A stretch of DNA of 63,990 nucleotides, counting the filler, from Cercozoa sp. M6MM (Eukaryota; Protista; Endomyxa: Ascetosporea), in assembly GCA_040357565.1 (NCBI GenBank). It is 8 parts of 8 records of this genome, joined end to end, with 100 filler letters (N's around TTAATTAATTAA, not from the genome) between each part and the next. Parts side by side here need not be neighbours in the genome. Positions count along the whole stretch, not along the records: positions 1 to 6,833 come from JBDODJ010000687.1; positions 6,934 to 12,359 come from JBDODJ010000911.1; 6 more parts are not named here. One strand, written 5' to 3'. The notes under the pieces were generated by a model. It had not been told where the DNA came from. It searched no databases and saw only the letters and a list, made by a program, of their open reading frames with translations. Position numbers and translations under genes: made by a program. Below, in pieces: positions 1 through 10,844 of the stretch; positions within the stretch are counted from its first letter, which is position 1, and each line of letters starts with the position of its first letter.

Positions 1-2
1 CG

Positions 3-181
<179 letters not shown>

Positions 182-1909
182 GTATCACGCACGATGGCCG
201 ACAAGAAGGACCAGCAGCGCTTGTTCGATTTGCACCATCGCGAACTTGGGTTTCATCCTTTTTCGTTTTCTTGAGTGTTGGTGTGTTGCTTGCGTTGGTA
301 CGGCTTTGTTTGCAGAGGCAAGTTAAACCTAATGGCACCGCAGCGTCGTTGTCTACTCGTGTCAACACTTGACATGGTGCCTCCATTCATGAATTCCCTT
401 CATACTTCACGTTGTTATGTACGCAGGTGGAACGTCCGGGCAAACCTGCCGTTGCACACCGCTTCGCCTTGTGCAGCGACTTCTTGCTGATTTGTATCCT
501 TGATTTCGCAGTTATGTGCCTGGTACCGATGTGTTTTCTCCGTTGCCCAGTCGGTGTCAAGAAAGGTCTGCTGTCGGGTGCCCACAAGATCAAGGCTGTC
601 CACCCGCTGACCCAGATGAAGATCAGCAAGGTACACCTTTGTGTCAGGTCAGTGTGTTTGTGTTTGATGAGTTGGCTTGTTTCGCAGGTTGAAAACGATC
701 CGACTCTGCCAAACGCGGTGCGATTCTCAACCTTTTCGGGAACGTTCGTCGCCATCTGCAAGGACGCCAAGGAGCAGCGTCGCTGGCTAAAGCGACTGCC
801 GCAGGCGGTGAACCTCGAGAGGTACAACGAGCGTCCGACCAACCCGATTGACCTCGATAAACGCATTCTCGGCAAGCGCACATCGCCCGAGGGCAAGGCC
901 GACTACGTGCAGGTGACGGACGAGAAGAAACTCGCCGAGATTCGCGCGTGGCAGGTATTCGATTTTTTCATGCATAGTATGTACATGTATACACTGTGTG
1001 TCCTGCAGGCCGAGCGCAAGAAGACGACGGTGAAGCTGCCGCCACCACCAGAAGAACACAGCACGACGCCCACGTCCGCATCGACACCACCTGCTCCTCC
1101 TGCTCTCCCGAACGTTGAGGAACAGGCCGAGCAGAAGGAGCAGGAGGAAGGCGAGCAGCAGCAAACTGTTCCCCCACCGGCACCGAAGCCGCCAGTCCCC
1201 ACACCGCCTGTACCATTCGCTGTATGTTTAATGGCTTTTACTACACTGCACTGTTTACTGCTTATTTAGGCTCCAACACCGGCGACAGCGCCTCCGCCTG
1301 CCCCGCCTATTGGCACGACTGGACCGGCCGTTCCACCGCCTGCCCCGTTGCCGCCGGTGCCTCCACCTGCTCCCGTCGTGTACCCTCTGCTGCCTCGTCC
1401 TCTTTTGAAGGCTTTCTGTATGACCCTTTATGTAGCAGTCCCACGCCGCCTGCACCGGTAACAGCAGGCGCTGCTGACACGTCGAACCTCATGGCCGCCA
1501 TCCGTGCTGCCAAGGGTGGCTTGGCTGCACTCTTGCTGTATTTCTGTTGTGTGCTTGTGCATATACACAACTGCACAGGCACTGGACTGCGTCCGGCAGC
1601 CACGAAACCGTCAGCGTCGCCTTCTCCGCCTTCGCCGCCCTCTGGTCAGAACGGTCTGCTCGGTGCCATTCGCGGCGGCATCAAACTGCGTCACGTCGAT
1701 CGATCCGTACCCGCCTCCCATCTGTTGTGTGCTGAGGTATGAGTGGACTGGTTTTGTTTTTGCAGCAGCCAGTGGCACCGCCGGTCGAGGAGGAAGTCGA
1801 GCCGGCCCAGCAGGATATGTCAACGCTGCTGGAGAAGTCGCTGGCCAACTACCGCGCCTTTGTGCAAGACGTCAGCGACGACGAAAGCGACGACGAGGAC
1901 TGGGATTAA
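182..1909 (+). CDS. 5'-partial, 10 visible exons: PH domain (post-DH type), proline-rich region, two WH2 motifs and a central/acidic tail (WASP/VCA-like actin nucleation-promoting factor)
   Basis: Spliced translation VSRTMADKKDQQRLFDLHHRELGGKLNLMAPQRRCLLVSTLDMVERPGKPAVAHRFALCSDFLLIF resembles a DH-PH junction and PH strands. Poly-Pro follows, then WH2-like NLMAAIRAAKGTGLRP and GLLGAIRGGIKLRHV, then MSTLLEKSLANYRAFVQDVSDDESDDEDWD* (TAA 1907-1909). Confidence 0.8.
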
Positions 1910-2180
1910 GTTTGCGCTCCGACTGTCCGATCTCGTCTCACACGCACCGTCGCGTCTGCTGTGTGCCAGCGCTAGCGCTGCCGTTCAGGCTGAGTGTCTA
2001 TGTATCGTGAGGTCGTACTGTATCTATGTATCGTGGCAACATCAGTCCGTTTTCGTTTGTCGGTGTATGCGATATGCGACGGTACCTAGGCTCATATCAC
2101 ATCACGTATCAATTGAAAATTACGAGTCGCTTAGTTTGTGACCGTATTAGCGCGGCGGTCCATCGCGAACCGACGTGAGT

Positions 2181-4448
2181 TCAAAGCTCATGCTTCACGG
2201 GCTCGTCTGGCTCGAGGAAGTTTCGATTGCCGCGCTTCAGGGCAAAGTCCTGATCAGTCGCATCAATGATCTGGTCGAGCGGCAGTTCGACGAACTCGTT
2301 GGGAGACAGAATGGTTTCCACTATCAACAACACAGATACGATCCAAAACGGGGAGAAACTGATGTGAAGTACAGACTTGCGGCTCAGCGCACTGCTTGGC
2401 CAGAGCAAAGTCGCGCTCATTAAACACGATACTGAAGGCGTCGTGCAGCATTTTCTGCTCACACAGCACCTGGAGTAAAGGAGACAAAGGGTAGAAAACA
2501 GACAGTAAAACACACCACTTTGACATGCTCATGTGACTTGGCACGCAGCTTGGTTTCAGGCTCGATGTTGATCTGTCACGGAAGGTGCGAACTGGCTTAA
2601 AGAGCGAGCAACAGAGCACGTGAAAGAGCAGGTTAATCTACCTCCAACAAAGCAACGGAAAGATCATTCAAAACGAGCAGATCGACGCCGAACAGCTCAA
2701 AGCAGTTGGGGCACGGGAACTTTGCCAAGTGCTGCTGCGCTCGCCGGAATACGTCGGCCACGACACGATGTATCTACAGCAACATCAAAGGACGAAAAGG
2801 TAAAAGAGGTGGAGCACAACTAGCACTGTACCTTGTGCCAAAGCATATCCGCCTGCGGCTGGCCGTGCTCGCGTGCGACGTGGGCCAGCACGTTCGACAA
2901 GGTGTGACTCAAGCTGTCGCGGTCCTCCTTGTGCAGCGATGTGTTCGTCAAGTGGCGACGCCGGCGTTTCTCTTGATCGCCTACCTCGAAAGCAGCGTTG
3001 TCGTAGTGTCCCGGAGCGAAGCGAACCAGTCCGCGCGAATGCAAGTGCGCACGCATCTTGCCGTTCTGCAAGAAGGAAAGAAAGAAGAGTCAGCGATATT
3101 ATAGGCCCGCTAAGTGCTACCTGGACACGGTCGACGAGAACGTAAAGTCGCAAGTCAAACTTCTGGCGTGTCTTTTCGTCACTCGTCGGCAGCGTCAGCA
3201 CGTCACGACTGAGATGAAAGTGAATGGGTACAAAAAAAAAGTTAACTGAGACAGACTTAGAGTAAAGAGGTACATGAAATGCTGACAAATCGTTTTCGCG
3301 GACTCTCGGTTCGCATCGAAATACTCAGCGAACTCAGACTTTGACGTCACGAAAAACTGCAAACAAAGAAGGAAGGAAGGCTTGAAGTAAAAGGCAGGTT
3401 CAAAGTAAAGTGGGGGGAGAGAGGTACGATGCCACGTCCGCCGGCATTGGCGTTTGGCTTGCAGATGAGCACACGGTCCGAGTCACTGAGAGCCCCTTTG
3501 TGCACGTTGTTGTTTGCGACGAAACGGCGTGCCTTCTCGCGCTCCTTGTCGTTCCACATGAGGAAGGTTTCGGGTACTGCGAGAACACAGGTTTACCTTT
3601 GAGTCGATCTGCACACAACGGACAGGATGACGATATAGCTGACTCACCGTAGGGCGCGTCTTTGAGTGTTTCCGACAGTGGGCCCTTTTGGCCGACCTGA
3701 AAGCGCACCACGTCGATGCTTTCAGAGCAATTTCCATCAACGCTCAAAGTAAATTAACTGTACCATTTTGTTGTTGTGCACGTGGTTGAACTTTCCGCGC
3801 GGTGCTGCTAGGTCTAAAAATTTCGATTGTTGGAACAATGAGCGCATTAAACGGTATGTGTATTCTCGAGGGAAAGCACCTTCTTCGGCAAGAAAAAAAT
3901 CGGTGAATCGCTTTCGAAACGTCTGTATGCACCATACAGATTCCGATACAAACAGTTCGGTCGGGAGGGCAAAAATGAGAGTACGCCAGTTGAAATCCAA
4001 GTGAGTTGGAGGTTTTTAAGTCCAAGTTTCGCAATGTCTTCTTCGCTGCGAGCACCACCATTCATGTGGAAGTTGCCATCCTGTGCCCATACCATCCAAC
4101 TGACATTCGAATACTGCTTAAACACAGAAGGAAACAACTTACATCGTCTTGCAAGGTGCTGATTGGCACTTCTCCCCAACCACGCGAAGTCAAGGTGGTT
4201 GCAATCTGCACAGAAACAAGCATTCTTCGAACTCCATCCAGATTGCCCATAACCTCAACAGCGTTTCGACCCTATCTCGATACCTGACTTCCCCAACCAG
4301 AGGGGCGACGAATTCCGCCTTTCTTTGACGTCATGCGAAACACAAATGGTGCATCGGAGGTGTTGCAAACGGTTTCATCCAAACGATCTTTTGCTTCCTC
4401 ACTGGAACCAAAACTGGCAAGACCCAACACCAGAAAGGAAAGCCACAT
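2181..4448 (-). CDS. Tubulin-tyrosine ligase (TTL/TTLL) family ATP-grasp protein with an N-terminal signal peptide and C-terminal KHEL
   Basis: Spliced motifs FNHVHNNKMVGQKGPL, YVPETFLM, ICKPNANAGGRGI, KFDLRLYVLV, HLTNTSL and CFELFGVDLL...LLEINIEP. Starts MWLSFLVLGLASFGSSEE (alternative ATG at 4463) and ends PVKHEL*. Confidence 0.85.
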
Positions 4449-4686
4449 TTTTATGACACACATTTGGACTTTTGAGCAGCGCAGTATACAACTAGCAACC
4501 CAATATCGAGACGAAGCTAGCAGAAAACTGATGGCACCAGCGAATTTTGTTTTCCAACAACTCTGTCCTAAACTGTACTGTCCAATAATACTGTGCCTTT
4601 TTTACGATGTAGGCCCTGCGCTCATTTTCGGCAGCGGACGATCATCCCAGCCTTAGTTGACCAGCGAGCATACGCCAGAGTGTCCG

Positions 4687-6369
4687 ATGGATCAGGTACT
4701 CCGGCCCATAGAGGTCAATGAGCAGATCTTTGACGTCCAATACCATCCTTCGTCATCTTTGTTGGCGATTGCGCTTCTCGATGGCGAGGTAAACCCCCTC
4801 CCACTCCCCAAAAAGTGGCATGTTTAAGTTCTGCTCTCGCTCAGGTATCGCTGTACGACGTGAGCGGTCTGCCTAAACAGACGGCGCGTTTCACATTCCA
4901 CTCCGAAAGCTGTCGTGGTCTTGCGTTCTCGCACGACGGTGCGTTTCTCTACACGATTGGTCGCGATCGGTCGATCGGCGTGATCGACGTCGTCAATCAC
5001 ACCCTAGTCTTCCAACTGAAGTAAAAATACAGCTTTGTGTTTCCCTGCCAGCCTCTTATCCGTGTTAAACTCTCTGTTGCCAGAGATGCGCATGAGCACC
5101 CTATCAATGCCGTCGCTGTGTTCACGAAGACTGACGACACGAGTGGTGACTGCACCGATGAGTTCCTCATCACTGGCGACGATGTCGGCGAGTTGGTGCT
5201 CTGGTCACTCAAGGTAGCTTTCTTTCCGTGAAACTATGCGTGTCCTGACTGATAGATGTATGCATGTACTCTGTCCAGGAGGACCGCCGGCAACCGCGAT
5301 TGGTGCGCCGACTTCCGAAGGCACACTCTGACTGGATCTCGCGCGTCCTGCCGCTGCCCGCGCGGCGTCAGTTTCTTGTCACAGGTACCTCCGTTATTTG
5401 TTCTTGTTTTACCCTGTTATACCTGCACTTTGCTGTTGTGACAGGTGCAGATGGTGTGCTATCCATGTGGAACGTTGACGGCGGCGTGCAAAAGTTTAAC
5501 GGATCTGGAGTGCCTTTTCCTTGTGTTTCTTAATTTGTTGCCGACTTTGTTAACCCTTCAGCTGTGTTGTTTGTGCAGCCGAAACCGGCGCCGCGACCTT
5601 GGCTGGCCAAGAAGAGTCTTCCTGCCGGCGATGAGTTGCTGTCCGTGGCGCTCATCAAACACGGCAGGAAGGTCGTCACTGGCAGCACTGTACATCTCAC
5701 ATCTCACTCACAACTAATAACATTGATTCAAAACTGTATGTGCGCAGGAGGGTTTGTTGATTCTGTTCGACATGCGCGATATTGGCGACTACTGCGACCG
5801 CATCCCGGGCCATCCGCAGTCGGTGGAGCAGGTGCTTCCGATCGATGAGTCTGTCGTTTTGACCGCATCGTCCGATGGCATCATTCGCGTCGTTCAGGTA
5901 CTCTCTGTTCCTCTATCTGCCTGGCACATGTTTTAATATGCATGTGAATACTCGCACTGTGTAGATCCACCCGCACAAGCTGCTGGGTGTCGTGGGTGCC
6001 CATGGCGACCTTCCAGTCGAGCACCTGTGTCTCTCGCACGACCGTCGCACACTGGCGAGCAGTTCGCACGACAACACTGTCAAGTTCTGGGATGTACACG
6101 AGTTCTTTGAAGAGGACGACGAAGAAGAGGAGGAGGAACAGCAACAACAAGAACAAGACGACGAAGAGGACGAGACGGCTGAGAAGATGCAGCCACGCAC
6201 GCGGCCACGGTCACGCTCCGCCGTCATGGCTGAGAGCGACGACGACAGCGACAGTGACAGCGACGACGACAGCGACAGGCGAAGCAAGCGACGCAAGCAA
6301 AAGTCGCAGAAGATCAACGTTGGACAGGCCACGCGCATGGCGCGCAACGATTTTTTCGACGACTTGTAA
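4687..6369 (+). CDS. WDR55: WD40-repeat protein, WDR55/JIP5 family (ribosome biogenesis), 8 exons
   Basis: MDQVLRPIEVNEQIFDVQYHPSSSLLAIALLDGEV, DELLSVALIKHGRKVVTGS, DRIPGHPQSVE, LTASSDGIIRVVQIHPHKLLGVVGAH, LASSSHDNTVKFWD, then an acidic tail ending NDFFDDL*. Confidence 0.85.
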
Positions 6370-6833
6370 CCGAGCAGAGCGAAGTTTATCTTCGACCTGC
6401 GCCGCCGTCACGTTGCATCGTGCTGCGATAGGTCTCGCTTCATGATCAGTTTTAGTTTGCTTCCTTCAGTTGCGAAGGCCTGGATTCAGGCGGAGCGCCG
6501 AGTGGCTGATAAGACACACCAGTACGGTAGATAGTCTCTGGTTCAACCGACGGTGTGTGCGGATATGATATTGTACATGCGAAGAGTCTTCAGTTGTGAC
6601 AAACGCTATTAACACATTGATATTCCTGAGAGGTTCTTTTGCGTCTCACTGTAATCGACAGAGTTGCTGAACTAAAATGTTTCTGCTTGCGATTGCGTTG
6701 CAGCAATCTTGACGAACCCAGCAACTGTGAGAACGTATAGACAGGTTGGAACCATTGAACTGAACGTTCGCGGGGAATCACGCATCTTCATCCGATGCCA
6801 TCGACGGCGGTGCCAGCGCAGCGCAGAAGGCGT

Positions 6834-6933
6834 NNNNNNNNNNNNNNNNNNNNNNNNNNNNNNNNNNNNNNNNNNNNTTAATTAATTAANNNNNNNNNNN
6901 NNNNNNNNNNNNNNNNNNNNNNNNNNNNNNNNN
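6834..6933. other. Artificial 100-bp contig spacer (N-run, TTAATTAATTAA, N-run); also at 12360-12459, 17632-17731, 28248-28347, 51304-51403, 57783-57882 and 62750-62849
   Basis: The same 100-nt structure, with stops in all six frames, occurs seven times. Genes are cut at these points. Confidence 0.97.
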
Positions 6934-8723
6934 CCGAGTGTTACGCCTGAAACTGATAGGACGGACCTGAGCGTGGCCAATGCGCTGCGTCGTGTCATGA
7001 TCAGTGAGGTGCCTTGCATGGCCATCGATCACGCCTCGATCTTTGCGAACTCGTCGCCGTTGCACGACGAGATGCTCGCGCAGCGGATCGGCTTGCTGCC
7101 CGTACTATTACCCCCCCCCCGGCGTGCAGATTTTGTGCGACGACCTGGACAAACTGGTGGAACCACACAACTGCAAATGCGGTAGCTTTACTCATTTAAC
7201 CCCCCTCTTTACCTCTTCACCCCTCTGGACCCTCTTGACCCTCTTCACCCCTCTTCACCCCTTCTACCTCGCCCCCTTTTAACCCCATTATTCTTCTTTG
7301 TTACCTCTTATCCTCCCAGAAACATCGACGGACAATCTGCCCGGATGCAACCGGTGCAGCGCGCGCTTCGTCTGCGATGTCACCAACAACACCAACGTAC
7401 TCGCTCTCTGTCTTATCCCTCATCCTTACCTTGCCTGCCCTGTCCTACCCCACTTTTACCTCACAGGGTGTCATCCTCGTGACCTCCAAGGACGTGCAGT
7501 ACAACATGTACGGTCCGCCCGGCGTTAACTTCCGTGTGGCTACGCCTGATGTATCTTCTCGCTTACGGGGGGGGGGGGTAATGGAGGGGGTAAAAGGAGG
7601 TAATGAGTGGGTAGGAGAGTAAAGAATGTGTGTGCACGTAGGCACATGACACACTCCTCACGAAACTCGCACCGAAACAGAAACTCCAGTTCATTGCCAT
7701 TGCCTTTAAGGTGCGTTTGTTAAGGCTGTTGTGTTTGTTAAGGCTGCGCGATCCTTTGTTAAGACTGCGCGATTCTTTGTTAAGGCTGCGATGTGGTGTA
7801 TCTGTGTGTGTTGGCAGGGCATAGCCAAGGAGCACGCCAAGTGGCAGCCCGTATCAGTCGCCAGCTTCTTCCGTGTACACTGTCTGTATGTGTATATGTC
7901 TATGTTTGTATGTCCATGTGTACCTGTCCATGTGTGTGTGGTCCGTTTGTACCTGTCCATTTGTGCCTGTACAGGAGCCGGTGGTCAAGCTGCGGCCAGA
8001 CCTGCTGCGACAGATGACAGAACGACAGCGCGATCGACTGGTCGCTTCGTGTCCGAGTCGAGTGGTGCTTTGCCCCCCCTACCTCTTGTCCCCCTCTACC
8101 CTCTTTACCCCCTCTACCCTTTACCCCCTTCTACTTCCCTTCTACTCTCCTGTTGAATAGTTCCGAAGGCACGCAACGAAACTGGTCGACATTGAGGACG
8201 CACTGGCGTGCACTGTACCCTCCTGTTACCCCTCCCCTAGCCCCTGTGTGTTTGTACTCTAACGACATCAATGTCGCTATGTGGTTACAGTCATGTGGCG
8301 AGTGCATCGACCTGTGTGCCAACATGGGCACTTTGGCCGATGCCGAGGCCAACCCGGTAGCTTCCTCTCTCCCCCTCTTTTTTTTCTAACCCCCGGGTGT
8401 CAGGACGTGACCGTGGTATCGCACGCCAATATCGACCGAAACGCGCCGTTCGAGAAGGCCGTCGAAATCTCCGAGGTGCCGGACAGGTTCCACTTCCACG
8501 TCGAGAGCGCCGGTCAGCTCGCGGCCTGGCAGGTCGTCGTTGCTGCCTTGCGCAACCTGCGGCACAAGGTAGCTCGTCCTCTACTACCCTACGACCTGAT
8601 CCTAACTCTAGCACTTCCCCACCCTACCTCACTCCCTACCTTCCCCCTGGTCAGGTCAACTTCTTCACACAAGCACTCAAGGCAGAGACCACCGAAGACC
8701 TGCGCCAGAAGCAGCGCAAGTGA
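6934..8723 (+). CDS. RPB3: RNA polymerase II subunit RPB3 (alpha-like), 5'-partial
   Basis: [22 protein letters not shown]...[18 protein letters not shown], zinc loop CKC...[16 protein letters not shown] (Trp as in RPB3 rather than Phe as in AC40), [14 protein letters not shown] at 8721-8723. Confidence 0.85.
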
Positions 8724-8758
8724 TCACTAATTTGATCGCATCCGATCATGTTCGTTGC

Positions 8759-9211
8759 TGTTACCGCAGCCCTCTCAGATAGGGATCAGGCCTTGGTAAA
8801 TTGAGGGTACTTTGCCAGTGATACAAACGAAAAAAAAACTAAGGAACGTAAGAAAGTCTGTTCTTGGGGAGAGTGGCCAAGTGTCAGCTTGAAAGAGTGA
8901 GTTTCCCCAACGGTTCAGTTACGGGAAAGGCACCCGTCAAATAGTAATTGAGTTGGCGTGAAGTAAAGAAAAGAAGGGCCTCTGGAAAGGCAGAGGACAG
9001 GTAGAAGCGAAGACAACTGGTCTGGAGAGATCAGATTACCTGGTCGAGAGAGAGCCCTTCTTTGAGTTCAGCTGCAAAAGCTTGCTCAAGGCTGAAGCTC
9101 TCGGTAGGTCAGGATACCAGCGAACACATGCCAAAATAGTCCACCTCTCTTCAGGATTATTGTAAGTTGTAGGGTTGCTTCCGCGCGGATACAGGAGTTC
9201 ATGCTGTAACA
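8759..9211. mobile_element. Solo-LTR-like repeat, copy A (TGTTAC...GTAACA termini)
   Basis: About 450 bp, alignable along its length to the reverse complement of 10845-11426. TG...CA ends with a 6-bp terminal inverted repeat. No clear target-site duplication. Confidence 0.7.
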
Positions 9212-9321
9212 TGTTGATACTTCAGCGATAACGACGTTCATTTTAACTTCTGGAAGAGCCCGCAGGAAGGAGGGGGGGGGGAGGGCGAGTAAACCGGCCT
9301 GTGTGAATACGCACGTGATGT

Positions 9322-10830
9322 CTAGACGAGAGGCGCACCGGTGGTGCCGCCGATGTGGTAGCCTGGCGGCAGGCTTTCGCCCTCGCCCTCGATTTCGCCG
9401 TAGTACTGCTGCGCAGCAGGCATCTACAGGTGCGAGCAGCCATGAATACCACACAAGCGACGGACATTAGGAGGGCGTTGTTTATNNNNNNNNNNAAAGA
9501 TGCGCAAGCTTGCCAGTGTCGACGCCGGTGCTCTGCATCTCTTCCGGGCCACCCAGCAACACCGGGATACTCCACAGCTGCTTCGCTTGCGCGCACTGAC
9601 CTGTGCAAGGACACAGGATGTCCCGTCCCATACGTGCAGCCGGAAAACAAAGTCAGAAAGGTACGCGCAGTCCCAGAAGCGAAAAGGCCGCGCGATTGCT
9701 CCTGTGCCATGGCCTGCTGCACCAGCATCGGCGCCACTGAAACGATGCAGTCCCGATGGTGCAGTGGCTGCACCAACGAGGCCAGTGGCGTCGGCTGCTG
9801 CGGCATGCCCGTGTAGATCACACCGCCACGCGACCTACCCATCCAGCAGCAGGCATCGCGTGCACACACACACATAAGGCTTGAAGAAATACGCCTACCG
9901 ATATTGGCGACGACGGCGACGTTCACGACGGTGCCTGGCGCTATTGTTTCTGCAGTTGCACCCAAAATAAGGAAACAACGACAAGATCGGGGTGGTCCAC
10001 CTCATTGCTTTCGAATGACTTGTTCCTGCGCTCTTCTACTCTGTGTCCAAAACTCACAAGAGCGACTAGCTATGTTGTACGGCTGAAGCAGTAGTCAAAG
10101 GAGGGTCAATCGTGATTTCTGTTTTGTGATCAATCAGTGACCACGTCTGCTGACGTACAGTATCCTGTATCTCGCTGTGCTGCAAGATATTTAGAGCGTT
10201 TGTTGTGCGCAGCGTTGTGCCACTCTCATAGCCACCGGCAGGGACAAATCAAGGTGCTTCAGGCTTACTTCATAAGGCGGCCAGTCAATGTTATGGCATG
10301 GTGACTGACCGAGACCCGATTGGACAGACTTGTAGAACTAAGCTAGTCGTGGTCGGCGGTGAGAGCGTCGATGAGTTGCCGCAGTCGCTTGAACACTGCG
10401 GCCTGTGTCTGCAGACGCGTTCGCCCGTCACACATACAGTCACACACTCCGGTAGGAAGGGGTGCGGTAGGAGCAGGGTACCAGAAACGCGTCGGCAGAG
10501 AGACACCAGTGCCTCTGCAAACACACATGCATATATACATAGACATACACACACACATGAACAAACACATACATAAATACACATACTAACATACATAGAC
10601 ATACTAACATACATAGACATACACACATACATAGACATACACACACTACCGGCAAAAGGAATTGAAGACCCTGAAAGGGTACCTCGAAGTATCGCACACA
10701 GTTTTTGCGGCGCTGGACGTGCGTGAAAAATATAGTGTGCACTAAACACTACCAATTCGAGTAACTTAGGGCCAAATCGATTGGGGAATCCCGAGAGAAT
10801 CCTTGTGCGAAAGCCGTATCGTATTTTGAA
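9322..10830 (-). CDS. Hypothetical spliced gene between the two LTR-like copies; exon structure and 5' end uncertain
   Basis: GT-AG-bounded open segments such as HSEIQDTVRQQTWSLIDHKTEITIDPPL, AKQLWSIPVLLGGPEE and a terminal MPAAQQYYGEIEGEGESLPPGYHIGGTTGAPLV*. The intervening stretches carry intron-type microsatellites. Confidence 0.4.
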
Positions 10831-10844
10831 TTTTCTAAACAGAG

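Noticed and set aside
6834-6933. Recurring TTAATTAATTAA as a biological motif
   Set aside because: Always centred in an identical 100-nt N spacer, so it is an assembly linker.
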